From positions 68,014,001-68,078,000 of the forward strand of contig NC_135804.1 of the NCBI RefSeq assembly GCF_964213995.1: a DNA stretch of 64,000 nt. Reading direction: 5' to 3'. The position numbers were made by a program, and so were the translations under genes. The stretch is from Mustelus asterias (lineage: Eukaryota). The stretch's first letter is position 1; each line of letters begins with the position of its first letter. Of the stretch, positions 1 to 13,619 are shown piece by piece. Below the pieces are notes generated by a model. The model did no database searches. It was not told the DNA's origin and saw only the letters and a list, made by a program, of their open reading frames with translations.

Positions 1-167
1 TGAGTGTCGTACCAACAGAGCGTTCTTTAGGAAAATAAAATCTGTCCCAATACATCCGTGCAAAAAGTAAACCTGAAGCTATTACAATCATCTTAATTGA
101 AAAGTTGTCGAGTGGAGTATCCATTTCGCCCTGCTCCTGACGTCGCCATGGATTACGCATTCGATTC

Positions 168-3100
168 ATAGAAACATAGAAAACTACAAAACAGGCCCTT
201 CGGCCCCACAAGTTGTGCCGAAAATATCCCTACGTGTTAGGCCTATCAATAACCCTCCATCCTATTAAGTCCCATGTACTCATCCAGGAGTCTCTTAAAA
301 GACCCTATTGAGTTTGCCTCCACCACCACTGATGGCAACCGATTCCATTCGCCCACCACCCTCTGTGTGAAAAGCTTCCCCCTAACATTTCCCCTGTACC
401 TACCCCCCAGCAACTTAAACCTGTGTCCTCTCGTAGCAGCCATTTCCACCCTGGGAAAATGCCTCTCAGAGCCCACCCGATTTATGACTCTCAACATCCT
501 CTATACCTCTATTAGGTCTCCTCTCATCCTACGTCTCTCCAAGGAGAAAAGACCGACGTCCCTCAGCCTATCTTCATAAGGCATGCCACGCAATCCAGGC
601 AACATCCTTGTAAACTCCTCTGCACCCTTTGAATCTTTTCCACATCCTTCCTGTAATGAGGCGGCCAGAATTGAGCACAGGACTCCAAGTGGGGTCTGAC
701 GGGGGTCTTATATAGCTGCATCATTATCCCCGGACTCCTAAACTCAATCCCTCGATTGATAAAGGCCAGCACATCATACGCCTTCTTAACCACCTCCTCC
801 ACCTGCGGGGCCGATTTTAGAGCCCTATGGAGCCGGACCCCAAGGTCCTTCTGATCCTCTACCGTACTATGAGTCTTTCCCTTAATATTGTACTCCTTCA
901 TCCCACTTGACCTGCCAAAATGGACCACTATGCATTTATCTGGGTTGAAGTCCATCTGCCACTTCTCCGCCCAGTCTTGCATCCTATCTATGTCCCTCTG
1001 TAACTTCTGACATCCCTCCAGACTATCCACAACCCCACCAACCTTGGTGTCATCGGCAAACTTACCAACCCATCCCTCCACTTCCTCATCCAGGTTATTT
1101 ATGAAAATGACAAACAGCAAGTGTCCCAGAACTGATCCCTGGGGCACACCACTGGTGACTGACCTCCATTTAGAAAAAGACCCATCTGTACCCACTCTCT
1201 GCCTCCTCTGGGCAAGCCAGTTCTGGATCCACAGGGCAGCAGCCATTTGGATCCCATGCCCTCTCACTTTTTCTAGAAGCTTTGCATGTGGAACCTTATC
1301 GAACGCATTGCTAAAATCCATATAAACCACATCTACCGCTTTCCCTTCGTCATTGTGTTTAGTCACATTTTCGAAGAACTCCACCAGGCTCGTAAGGCAC
1401 GATCTGCCTTTGACAAAGCCATACTGAGTATTGTTGAGCATACTAAACCTCTCTAAATGCTCATAAATCGTTTCCCTCAGGATCTTCTCCATCAGCTTAC
1501 CAACCACTGAGTTTAGACTCAGCGGTCAGTAATTTCCTGGGCTATCCCTATTCCCCTTCTTGAAAATAGGAACCACATCGTCAATCCTCCAATCCTCCGG
1601 CACCTCTCCCGTCTCCATCGACGACGCAAAGATCATCGCGAGAGGTTCTGCAATCTCTTCCCTCGTCTCCCACAGTAACCTGGGGTACATCCGATCCGTA
1701 CCCTGCGACTTATCTACCCTGATGCCATTCAAAGATTCCAGCACGACCTCTTTGTTAAAGTCCACATACTCAATCTTTTCGGTCCACCGCAAGTCCACAG
1801 TACATCCACCCATGTCCTTCTCCTCTGTGAAAACCGAGGCAAAAAACTCATTGAGCACCTCTGCCATTTCTACTGGTTCTGTACAGATTTTCCCGCCTTC
1901 ACCTTTTATAGGCCCTATTCCCTCACGTCTCATCCTTTTACTTTTCACATATTTATAGAACGCCTTAGGGTTTTCCTTTATTCTACTTGGCAAGGCCTTC
2001 TCGTGACCACTTCTGGTTCTCCTAATTTCCTTCTTCAGTCCCTTCCTACAAGTCGTATACTCATCTAGATTCCTATCTTCGCCAAGCTCTCTGAACCTTT
2101 TGTACTCTTTCCTTTTCTTCTCGACTAAGTCCCGCACACCTTTCGTGCACCACGGTTCCTTTAACCTCCCAACTCCTCCCTGTCTGCTCAGAACATTGTC
2201 CTGTAGAACCCTCGAAAGACATTTCTTGAATAACTGCCACCTCTCTTCATTAGATTTCCCCGAGAATACCTCCTTCCAATTTACTCCTCTAATTTGTTGC
2301 CTTATGTCTTCATATTTCCCCTTACTCCATACAAACACTTTCCTAGCTTGCTTGATCCTCTCTTCTTCCAATGCAATCATAAAGGAGATAGAGTTATGAT
2401 CGCTATCCCCAAGATGCTCTCCCAATGAGAGATATGACACTTGTCCAGGTTCATTGCTCAGTATCAGATCAAGTACAGCCTCTCCTCTTGGAGGCTTGTC
2501 CACATGCTGTGTCAGGAAACCCTCCTGAACACACCTAACGAACTCCTCCCCATCCAATCCCCTTACCCTAGGGATATTCCAATCTATGTTTGGGAAATTA
2601 AAGTCTCCCATCACAACAACTCTGCTATTATTGCACCTCTCCAGGATCTGTTTCCCTATCTGCTCCTCCACCTTCCTGTCACTATTGGGCGGCCTATAGA
2701 AAACTCCCAGCAAAGTGATCGACCCCTTCCCACTCCAAACTTCCACCCAAAGAGACTCTGTAGACAATCCCTCCACAGCATACACCTTCTATACAGCTGT
2801 GACACTATTCCTGATCAGCAGTGCCACTCCACCCACTCTCTTGCCTCCCTCCCTGTCCTTCCTGAAACATCTGAATCCCGGCAACTGTAGTATCCAGTCC
2901 TGTCCCTGAGACATCCAAGTCTCTGTAATGGCCACCACATCACACTTCCAGGCATCGATCCACGCTCTGAGCTCATCCCTTTTATTAACTATACTCCTGG
3001 CATTAATGTAAACACATCTCAATCCTTTGGTCTGAGCTCTCCCCTTCTCTAAGCCCGTCCATCTCCCTCTTGCACCGTCTATAACCCTTCTCTGTTTGCG

Positions 3101-4771
3101 AGCAAACTTCCTCACTCCCAGTCACCTTATCTCGATCCCGTCTCCCCAACTTATCTCGTTTAAACTCTCCACAGTCGCCTTAGCCAACATTCCCGCCAGG
3201 ATATTGGTCCCCCTGGGATTCAAGTGCCACCCATTTTTGTGTACAGGTCACACCTGCCCCTAAAGAGGTCCCAATGATCCAGGAACCTGAACCCCTGCCC
3301 CCTGCACCAGTCACTCAGCCACACATTCATCCTCCACCTCACTCCATTACTGCCCTCACCCTCCCGTGGCACAGGCAGCAATCCTGAGATTACTACCTTT
3401 GCTTTCCTCCTTCTCAGCTGTCTCCCTAATTCCCTATACTCTCTTTTCATGACCCCTTCCCCCTTCCTTCCCACATCAGCGGTACCAATATGTACCGCTA
3501 CCTCTGTCTCCTCTCCCTCCCCACTCAGGATTTCCGGGAGTCAACCAGCGACATCCTGGATCCCGGCCCCAGGGAGGCAGACCACCATCCGAGACTCCCG
3601 CCTGCCTCCGCAAAAACGCGTGTCCGACACCCTTACTGTCGAGTCCCTGATTAACACTGCCTTCCTCCTCTTTTCCTTAGCCCTCTGAGTTCCAGGGCCG
3701 GACTCCACTCCGGAGACACGGCCACTGCTGCTTCCCCCAGGTGGGCTGTCCCCCCAGCAGTACTCAGGCAGGAGTACTTGTTGTGTAGGGGCACATCCAC
3801 CGGGGTGCTCTCAATCACCCGAGCTTTACCCTTCCTGGCCATCACCCACTTGGCCTCCACCCGTGGCCCTGGTGTGACCTCCTGATGATAGCTCCTGTCT
3901 ATCATCTCCTCATTCTCTCTTAACAGCCTAAGAACCTCGAGCTGCAGTTCCAGCTCCTTAACACGGCCCCTCATGAACCGCAGCTCAACACACCCCTCAC
4001 AGCTGTGGATGTCCGGGAGGCCAGGTGCCTCCAGGTCCTCCCACATCCTACACTGATAACAAAACACTGGCCTTACACTCATATTTGCCCCTTTATACCA
4101 AGGTACACAGAGAAAAGTAAATAAGAATGAAAGAACTCACCCCTGCTCGCCCTGTCCCACGAAGCCCTGTGAGCCAAAGCCCTTATAGCTCACACTCTGC
4201 TTCCCACTCACTCCCCTGCCCGCTCCCGACGCTGCCCACTGTTTACTACAGCCGACCTTTTCTACTTCGCGCGCTTAAAAAAACCCTTCCCAGACTCCTT
4301 AGCAGCTCACTTCCGGTTTTCAGTTTAAAAAATAAGAAAAATACTACTGCAAAAATAAAGGCAAAAAAACAACACTAACTGACTAAATAAATCAATAAAT
4401 CTCTCACCAGCACTCCTGCCACAAATCACTCCCTCTCTGCTTCCTCCAGTGGAACAATGAGGGTGATCCTCCCGGTTCACTGACTTTTAAAGTTTAAAAA
4501 AAACCTTCCCAGACTCCTTCGCAGCCCACTTCCGGTTTTCAGTTTAAAATTAAGAAAAATACTACTACAAAAATAAAGGCAAAAAAACCACACTAACTGA
4601 CGAAATAAATAAATCTCTCACCAGCACTCCTGCCACAAATCACTCCATCTCTGCTTGCTCCAGTAGAACAATGAGGGTGATCCTCTCAGGTAATTGACTT
4701 TTAAAGTTAAAAAACCCTTCCCAGACTCCTTCGCAGCCCACTTCCGGTTTTCAGTTTAAAATTAAGAAAAA
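168..4771 (-). mobile_element. Full-length CR1 (L3/HER1-type) LINE, mutated
   Basis: 5'UTR tandem monomers 4275-4771; ORF1 from 4082 (CxxC..CxxC zinc finger, coiled coil, SGNH-esterase VVISGLLPVP); ORF2 APE endonuclease (VAITETW, GDFN, SDH) and RT (GVPQGSVLG, FADD) broken by frameshifts; simple-repeat 3' tail at 168-185. Confidence 0.95.
4275..4771 (-). repeat. About 215-bp tandem monomers (about 2.3 copies) in the CR1 5'UTR
   Basis: Units start at about 4275, 4492 and 4706 (ttaaaaaa..ccttcccagactcctt..cacttccggttttcagtttaaaa). Confidence 0.9.
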
Positions 4772-6285
4772 GTCCCTTCAGATAATATCAACACAGACTG
4801 AGGACAATGGATGCTGCGAATGCTCGGTGTCTGAGAATATTCCAGCAATACTACTGAAAATATGTACTCCAAAACGTGGTTACGCCATAGACAACCCTGT
4901 TTTAGTACAGCTTCAGCAAGGGAATCCACTCAAATGTGCAAAATTGCCCAGGTTTCCTATACGTACAATGAAGGAGGAATCCATCCTGCATATTTGCTCC
5001 CCGTCCGTCTAATCTCCGTCTGAAATGATGAGATGGGTGATCAACTAAGCGTCACGATCTTCACAATATCCTGATCACTGATGGGTTGTTTGCGTTTCTC
5101 CATTGGCACTCAGCTGCTGACGGCATAATGTTGGTTCAAACACGGACCAAAGGGCGTACTCAACGGAGGAGGTAGCAGTCACTCCCTGTTAGCATTTGAT
5201 TGAGTGTACTATGAAGGAGTCCCAGCAAAAGAGGAATCATAGGACACCAATGGAATTAAATTCCCTTTTGTTGAAATCATATCTTGCACAAACGTCAATG
5301 GCACTGCTAGTTGGTGGTCAATCAATTCAGTTCCAGGACATTACCACAAGAGTCCCTCAGCATAGTTCCTAGGAATTGTTAATTTTAGTTTCTTCAGCAG
5401 CGTCATTCATTCTCATGTTATGTGAGAAGTAAGGATTTACTCTAATTGTGCAATTTTTGGTGGCCGTGTTGAATCCTCCGACACTGAAGAGATCACGCCC
5501 AAATATTAAGTATTCACGCCACACAGGTGCTAAGCAATGACGATTGCGAGCAAGGAACCAACTAACTGTCGTGCCTCGACATTCAAAGGCATTATCATTG
5601 AAGACTGCCCCACTACCCACACCCTGGAGGAAATAATTGACCATAACCTGAACTGGATATGTCACATAAATACCTTAGCTGGAAAAGCAGGCCTGAACTT
5701 CGGAATACAGCAGCAAATGACTGGCCCCATGCCTCCCCAAACACTGTCCACCACAATTCGGCATAAATTCGGCGGAATAATTTCCACTTGCCTGGGTGAG
5801 TGCAGCTATCACCACGTTCAGGAAGGTGGACAGGATCCGGGACGAAACAGCCAGTTTGCGTCACGTGAATTTACTCCCGCAACCACTGAAGTACTGTGGC
5901 AGGCATGCGTACCCTTTGAAGGGTGTACTACAGGAACTCAGCACACCTCCTATGTCAGCGCATTCGAAACCTGACTGCTTCCAACGAAAAGTACAGGACA
6001 GCAGATACAGGGGAACACGCCCACATGGTGGTTCCCCTAAAAACCACTCAATACCCGTGCTGCAAGTATATCAGCATTATTTCACTAATCCTGGGTCAAA
6101 ACCCTTGCAGACAGACGCTGCCAGCACGTTGGGTGCACCTTGCGACTCATAGATTGCTCTAGTTCAAGAAAGCAACACATTACCACGTTGTGCAGCACAA
6201 TTGTGGATGGTCGATGAATGCTACCATGTCCAGCATCACATGAATTGGTTAAAATCGAATTATCAGAGTTAATGAGGCCGTGCAA
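4772..6285 (+). mobile_element. Old, decayed CR1/L2-group LINE (second family); continues 1-167 on the other side of the CR1 insertion
   Basis: Degenerate RT text (NIPAILLKIC, IDHNLNWICHINTLA, LSTTIRH); junction gattca/agtcc reads through the insertion. Confidence 0.65.
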
Positions 6286-6993
6286 GAAAATATTTAGAAG
6301 ATCATTCCCAACAGGGAAGTTATAAATATCTGAAGGGCGGGGCGGCAGTAGAAAGGGGTTGAGGTGTTGAGGGTGGGATGTTGTTAAGAGTTCGTTCTTC
6401 CTTTAGAATCGATTAAGACTGTGAAGCGTACAACTGGAAGTATTTGAAATTATGAACTGCGGTGACACGTGAGATGTATTGTAGAGGTTCCAAACGCAGG
6501 GTTTGCGAATCCTTTGGCTGTGCGATCATTAGGAACTGATAGCTTTTTTCGAAAAGATCATATAAAAATATTGAGGACGTGATATTCAATGCCAAGTGAG
6601 CCGGTAAAGATGAAAATCACAAGTGAACTCAATTGGATAGGTGGACATAAGATAAGGAACAATAACTACAGATATGTCCACAGAACGAGATGAATCAAAC
6701 GGAGTATAGTGGGCTTGGGGGGAAGGGAGGGGGGAGGGGTGGAACCGCAAAGGCGCTGCGTACTCAAAACAAAATTTCCTGCCATTATTGAGATGTAATA
6801 TTGATTTTTTTCAATTGGGCATTATTTGTTGGCACTTTGATATGCAAGTACTGTGAATATTTTTATATTTCTAAGTTGCAAAATAATGCAATTGGAAATG
6901 AGATCTGCATACTATTTTAAGGTGCTTGGAAATCATTTGGGTAGTTATTGTTAGTTCACCGTGACACAATTTTAATTGCATCAGAAGAACAAA

Positions 6994-7035
6994 TTACTGT
7001 CTGAACTCATTTTGAATTTGCTTCCAAGATCTGAC
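6994..7035 (-). CDS. Candidate terminal exon (VRSWKQIQNEFRQ*)
   Basis: Strong acceptor tctctgtttccttttcag 105 nt after the previous donor, phase 0 matches, TAA at 6994-6996, ATTAAA about 20 nt downstream. Confidence 0.35.
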   Translation of the reverse strand, partial: VRSWKQIQNEFRQ

Positions 7036-7140
7036 CTGAAAAGGAAACAGAGACTTGCAAAACAATTGGAGGCAAGAAGCTTTTCACACCTACATTTCCC
7101 TTGATATATACCGTATTATCTGACGGCCTTCGGATTTTAC

Positions 7141-7229
7141 CGTTTCAGAATTGTTGGAAGGTGAAACGTCCATGTGCTCTTCTCGGAGCTGCGGCAGAAC
7201 AGCTATTGCCTTTGACTTGACAAAGAAGA
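7141..7229 (-). CDS. Candidate downstream exon (VFFVKSKAIAVLPQLREEHMDVSPSNNSET)
   Basis: Acceptor catcttttcag, donor ACG|gtaaaa, 89 nt open only in the phase-1 frame, compatible with the C1 donor; partly overlaps a repeated sequence. Confidence 0.35.
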
Positions 7230-7539
7230 CTGAAAAGATGGTGACAGTGTAACGTGGATAATTTTAAACATTGTGGCCTCAATGCATCTCTGGTTTCACT
7301 AAGCTTACAGTGTTACCAAAAGAGAAATTAACTGCACCTGTCAATTAAAGTCGAACTGCCAAACAATCAGCGCCCTTTTCTCTGGCTGCTTCAATTATGA
7401 ATTCCATTAAAATTTGGCTTTCGTGCAGCTTTCCGAATGAGTGCAAGGGGAAAAGGTTCGCAAAAAATAATCTTTTTTTAAGGAATACGAAATGAAATCT
7501 GAAGGAACAAAATACGCTTGTAATAGCTCAGTTGAAGAT

Positions 7540-9100
7540 CATAGGAGTGGTCTGAGTCATTGCGGTCATTCAAGTCTATTTGGCCATTCAATAAGACCTT
7601 GGCTGTTCTCATTGTAACATATCCAACATATCAATTCACCCATTTTATTATCAAGGACCTATCTACCTGTGCTCAAGTATACTTGGATAAGTTGTTTCTA
7701 CTGCCTTTAGAGGAAGAATGTTCCAAAGGCTCAGAACATTCTGAGATAAGCATTTGCTTTCTTGACCATCTTAAGTGGACTCCCCATTGCCTTTCAACAG
7801 TAATGCTTTTTCTTGATTCTCCCACGAGGGGAAACATCCTCTCCACATCCATCATGTCGATGCCCCACCGGATCTTATGCATTTCGGTGAAATCTCCTCC
7901 TGCTCTTCTAATCTCCATTGCATGCAATTCTAGCCTCCCCCAACATTCATCATATGACAACCCACCCATCCCAGGTTTAATTCTGGTTAACCTCCTCTGA
8001 ACTGCGTCCAGCGTATTTTGATCTTGTGCTAAGAATGGAGACGAATACTGCACACCGTGCTGAAAAGGTTGTCTCACCAGTGTCCCTGTACAACCGAAGA
8101 ATATTCAATTGTATATTCAATTCCCCTGGCAATAAACTATAACTTCTTGTTAGGTTCCGCAATCACTTGCTTCAACAGCATATTATGCCTTGCGATTGAT
8201 AAATGAGGGCCGACAGATCAATCTGACTCTCCGAACACTGAAATGCCCAACTTTTTGCAGCTTCTTCTTTTTTCACCATTTACTTCCCAATATATCTTTG
8301 TGACATCATCCAGTTTAGCAAAAATGTCTTTGATCCCTTCATGTAAGTCATTCATATACATTCGTGTGTTTCCTCCGGCTGCTCTAGTTTCCTCACACAG
8401 TACAACGTTGTGCAATTTAGGTGGACTCGTCATGCTAAATTCGCCCTTAGTATCCAATGATGTGTTATTTGGGGCGGGCGGTGGGGGGGGGGGGGGGGCG
8501 GGGGGGGGCGTTAATCGGGTAAATACAATAGATTATGGGTATAGGACATGGGAAAGATGCTCTGTCGGGAGCTAGTGCAGGTTCAATGGATCACACAGCC
8601 TCCTCCTCTGCTTTAGGTATTTTATGATTCTATGAAGTTGAGTCCCCTGCACTTATCCCTGTGGTACGCCACTGGTTGCATCATACCAATCACAAAATGA
8701 CCATTATATTCTCATTCAAACTTTCCTGTTATCAAACTACTCCTTTGTCCACAACATCGTAAATTTAGTTATCCACAATGAAATGTGGTATGACAACTTG
8801 GCACGATTCTTGTGGAAATCAAATAAACTACTTTCACATGATGTCCTTCACCCACAGCACACGTTATTCGTTCAAAGTGCTCCAACCCGTTGATTAAACA
8901 CGATTTTCCTCCCCTCGGATCGTGTTGGCTTTGCCTGCTTGACTTTTTTCCCAAGCTCCTTGCCATGGCATCTTTATTAATCCCTTTTAACCTATCCCTA
9001 AGGCAGATATTAAGATAACTGGCATGACGTTTCCTGCTTTCTGTCGTCCTCCCCTCTTCAATACAAGGTGCTTTGTGGAATTTTCTATTCTAATGGAACC
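7540..9100 (-). mobile_element. Decayed CR1 LINE fragments (interrupted by a SINE)
   Basis: ORFs VQRRLTRIKPGMGGLSYDE, GKSCLINGLEHFE. Confidence 0.8.
8360..8635 (+). mobile_element. HE1/V-SINE-type SINE, 5'-truncated, with G-rich tract
   Basis: gtgtttcctccggctgctctagtttcctcacacag central domain; CR1-like tail ending tatgattctatga. Confidence 0.7.
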
Positions 9101-9104
9101 ATGA

Positions 9105-9410
9105 GGGCAGCCTGGTGGCACAGTGTGAAGGACTGCTCCCTCACCGCGCCAGGGCCCTGGGTTTGATTCCCAGCTTGGGTCACTCTCTGCGCGGAGGCTG
9201 CACATTCTACTCGTGTCTGTGTGGGTTAGCTCCGGGTGCTCTGGTTTCCTCCCACAGTTCAAAAGACGTGATGGTTAGCTTCATTGGCCATGTTATATTC
9301 TCCTTCAGTGCAGCCGAACAGGCACCGGAGTATAACGACTGGGCCATTTTCACAGTAACTTCATTGCAGCGTTAATGCAAGCCTATTTGTGACTAAGAGA
9401 TAAACTTCAA
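9105..9410 (+). mobile_element. tRNA-derived V-SINE with alternative 3' tail
   Basis: A box tggcacagtg, B box ggtttgattcc, V-domain, tail cacagtaacttcattgcag...gataaactt. Confidence 0.8.
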
Positions 9411-10149
9411 ATGTATTCTCCGAATCCAGGGATTTTTGGACAGTTAAAACTAATGGAACAGATCCCACAGTTTGCTAAGTTCGAAGTTCCTGCTCGTTGC
9501 AATTTCAAAATTCTGGCGCCAAATAAATTTTTGTTTGGTATTAAATTATTCTCAACACGCATTACACGGTCTTAGACTGGATCTGCATGTGGTACCTTTA
9601 TTTCAATCAGGTAATTCTGCAGTTCTGAAACAAACACTACTTTACATCCTGCCACCCCATCTCCACTTCTCAGTATATGATCGTATCATATTGCTCTTAT
9701 ACCCATGCCCTTTTTGTTTTTAGAACATACTCTATTTACTTTTTGTGTTAGTTAATCCACATTCCAATCAGCTGACAAGTAATTAGTTTCTCTTTACGTA
9801 ATGTGTGAATATATTACCAACTCAATATATATGGCCGCCACATTTGAATTTTCACTCAACAGGAAATAAGTACCCCACCAGTATATTCAAGAATTTCATA
9901 TCTATAAATCATCACGTGGTTCTAATTTTGTTTATCATTCAAAAGAATAAAAATAACTATCTTCTCTGACTCAATAGTTGCAATCCCTCTAAAACTAGTT
10001 TCATTTTTACAAGTGTTCCTATGTGTTGTTTATAACATGCAGAAAGTAACTAGGCACAGTTCTTTAAATATGGCATGCGGTTCTGATCAGGGCCGTTCAC
10101 ATGCATTCTGTGTGCCTATCAAGAACTCTTGGAACTCTGGGTTTTGCAA

Positions 10150-12240
10150 TTGCTTTGATGGCCTTTCAAAAGTGTGTTAGCCAGGGATCAGGGTAAGCAC
10201 ACTCCTCTGAGAGTGAAGGGCAAGGCTAGCAGAAGTAAGGAACCCTGGATGACTGGGGATATTGAAGCCCTGGTCAATAAGAGCGAGGAGGCACATGACA
10301 TGCATAGGCAGCTGGGATCAAGTGAATCTCTTGAAGAGGGTGCAGGAGTAGAGTTAAGAGATAAATCAAGAGGAGAAAAATGGGACAGGAGATTGTTTTG
10401 ACAGATAAGGCAAAGGACAATCCAAAGAGCTTCTACAAATATATAAAGGGCAAAAGAGTAACATGGGAGAGATTAGGGCCTCTTAAGGATCAACAAGGTC
10501 ATTTATGTGCGGATCCACTCGGACAGGTGATCCTAAGTTAATATTTGTCATCAGTATTTGCTGTTGAGAGAAACATGGATGTTAGGGAACTTGGGGAAAT
10601 AAATAGTGATGTCTTGAGGAGTGCACATATTAGAGAGAAAGAGATGCTGGACATCTTAAAGCGCAGCAAGTTCGATAAATCCCCAGGACCTGGTGGAGTG
10701 TATCCCAGGACATTGCGGAAGGCCAGGGAGGAAATTGCGGGTCCCCTAGCAAAGATATTTGAATAATCGATAGCCACAGGAGAGGTGCCTGAAGATTGGA
10801 GGGTGGCAAATGTTGTGACTTTCTTTAAAAAAGGCTGCAGGGAAAAGCCTGGGAACCATAGGCGAAAGAGCCTCACAATTGTGGTGGGTAAAGTTGTTGG
10901 AAGGTATTTTGAGGTCAGGATCTACAGACATTTAGAGATGCAAGGACTGATTAGGAACATCAGCATGGCTTTGTGCGTGGAAAATCATGTCTCACAAATT
11001 TGATTGAGTTTTTTGAAGGGGTAACCAAGATGGTAGATGAGGGCAGTGCAGTTGATGTTGCTTACATGGACTTTGGCAAGGCCTTTGAGAAGGTACCACA
11101 TGGTATGTTGTTGCATAAGGTTAAATCTCACGGGATCCAGGGTGAGGTAGCTAAATTGATAAAAAATTGGCTTGACGGCAGAAGCCAGAGGGTGGTTGTC
11201 GAGGGTTGTTTTTCAAATTGGAGGCCTGTGACCAACAGTGTGCCTCGGGGTTCAGTACTGAGTCCACTGTTAATTGTCATTTATATTAATGGTTTGGATG
11301 AGAATATAGGAAACATGGTTAGTATTTTTGTAGATGACACCAAGATTGCTGGCATGGTGGACAGGGAAGAAGGTTATGTCATACTGCAACGGGATCTTGA
11401 TCAAATGATGAATGACAGATGGAGTTTAATTTAGATAAATGAAGATGATGCATTTTGGAAGGCTGAAACAGGGCAGGACTTACTCAGTTAATGGTAGGGC
11501 GTTGGGGAGAGTTACAGAGCAAAGAGATCTAGGGGTACAGGTTCATAGCTCCCTGAAAGTGGAGTCACAGGTGGACAGAGTGGTGAAGAAGGCATTCAGC
11601 ATGCTTGGTTGCATTGCTCAGAACATTGAATATAGGAATTGGGACATCTTGTTGAAGTTGTACAAGACATTGGTAAGGCCACATTTGGAATACTGTGTAC
11701 AGTTCTGGTCACCCTATTATAGAAAAGATATTATTAAACTAGAAAGAATGCAGAAAGGATTTACTTGGGTGCTACCGGGATTTGATGGTTTGAGTTATAA
11801 GGAGAGGCTGGATAGACTGGGATTGTTTTCTCTGGAGCGTGGAATGCTGAGGGGTGGTATTATAGAGGTCTATGAAATAATGAGGGGCATAGATCAGTGA
11901 AATAGTCAATATCTTTTCCCAAAGTTAGGGGAGTCTAAAACTAGAGGGCATAGGTTTAAGGTAAGAGGGGAGAGATACAAAAAGGTCCAGAGGGACACAC
12001 ATGGAGGCTGGTGAGGGTCTGGAACAAGCAGCCAGATGTAGTAGTAGAGGCAGGTACAATTTTGTCTTTTAAAAAGCATTTGGACAGTCACATGGGTAAG
12101 ATGGGTATAGAGGGATATGGGCCAAATGCAGGCAATTGGGACTAGCTTAGGGCTTAAAAATAAGTGAGTGGCATGGACAAGTTGGACCGAAGGGCCTGTT
12201 TCCATGCTAGAAACCTCTCTGACTCTATGACACTATGACC
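10150..12240 (+). mobile_element. 5'-truncated CR1 LINE
   Basis: RT fragments (KSCLTNLIEFF, FVDD, RPHLEYCVQFWSP); tail gactctatgacactatga. Confidence 0.92.
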
Positions 12241-12795
12241 GATAAGTTAATAAATACTATAGTACAGGTAAACTGCATGTGCAGCCGTTCCTTAACAAAG
12301 TTATTAAATTGTTGTTTATCGAGAGGTTTGTTATGAATTTGTGGATCACTTCAGATCAATCGGTGTTAATTCTGATGTTCATCAAATTACAAAATATTAA
12401 TTATGATGGATTACGTAGTTGTATTCGTGTTATTCGCATCTCTAAAATAAAGTAAAAAATAAGGGTTCAATTCTTATGACATACTTATTTGAAGAAACAT
12501 TACATCGTAAATGGTTATGTCTGGCTTATCAGTAATCACTAAACGTTACAAAGGAACAATTCGTTATCGAGATTACTTTACATTTCGCATACGATGTACC
12601 CTTTGTATCGGCAATTTCCAGCATTCATTGTATTCAATAAGCTTCATTGACCAACAGACATTCTTATATCTATCGCATGCATCCGGCAAGGGAATACCAT
12701 AATTTTAAGACAAGTGCAAAAATTGAGATACCGTTATCCTGCAGCGTTTTGAGGAGCAAATAGCTGCATGAAGTACGACCTTACCCTTCCAGAAT

Positions 12796-12818
12796 TCATA
12801 TCCATGGACATTTTAATC
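12796..12818 (-). CDS. Candidate short exon after C1 encoding GLKCPWI* (secretory-type tail or decayed TM exon)
   Basis: Acceptor ttaaacag about 100 nt after the C1 donor; phase-1 reading stops after 7 codons; donor-like GG|gtaagg at 12785/12784. Confidence 0.3.
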
Positions 12819-12919
12819 CTGTTTAACGTAAACGTTGTTCTTAGGCAGAACATTATTTCTATGCAAAATCAAATAACATTTTGAGTGATCATTAGAAAAT
12901 GCATCCATCGGCATCTTAC

Positions 12920-13231
12920 CTGAGTTAGAACTAGATACCAGGTGAACAGATAATTTCGGTGCTTGGAGCGTCCCATGAGACACCAAACAAATGTAAGGCG
13001 TTCCTATCTGGATTGGCTGTGACACCTGCAGAATGCTGGTGGCTTCATAGAGACCTGATTCGTTCAAGCGCTTTGTTGTTTTTATCCCGGTTGTAATCCT
13101 GCTCCCATTTTTGTACCAGTGAAAGGTAATAGCCGCCGGGTAAAAGTCAACTGTTTCGCACTCAAGATGAAGATAGGTGTTTGAATTTCCGTCAGACATT
13201 TTCCACTGTATCGTTGGTTCATGAGGAGAAG
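12920..13231 (-). CDS. IgSF C1-set domain exon
   Basis: Acceptor ctccaatatag, donor TCAG|gtaaga, 312 nt, phase 1-1, open; LECETVDFYP, HWYKNG, GLYEATSIL, YICLVSH are C1-set hallmarks. Confidence 0.9.
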
Positions 13232-13619
13232 CTATATTGGAGTTCAGGGAGAATTTCTCAGTGTTGAATATTTAGAGGATTATAACAATTTATAACCTAA
13301 TCGCATGCGTATTCTTTAATTATTTTGGAGAAATTTTTATATGATGGAATCTCTGCACTTTTTGAATTACCTAAGAACAGCCATATTTATTCGACTTTTT
13401 AAAAATGTCACAACCATGAGAACCAACATAGATGTTCTCATTCAGTGAATCAACTTCAAATGCATTTCGACTTGTTTAAACATTACGGCCTGAAAAGTAT
13501 CATTGCATAACAATGTCATAAATTAAGTGTTCGTCTGTTTATACTTCTGAGGATTATGTTAGCAATGCTGTTCAAAATATTTGGCGAACTACGCTTCAAT
13601 TACAACAACTTTGCCGCTC

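Noticed and set aside
274-2909. Numerous plus-strand ORFs antisense to CR1 ORF2 (and similar ones throughout the window)
   Set aside because: Shadow ORFs of LINE/PLE coding sequence with no independent motifs
4092-4140. Possible intron in the CR1 5'UTR (GGG|gtgagt ... ataaag| before the ORF1 ATG)
   Set aside because: Only about 49 nt, below the usual vertebrate minimum; no other support
4275-4771. CRISPR-like or satellite array
   Set aside because: Eukaryotic context, no unique spacers; it is the LINE 5'UTR
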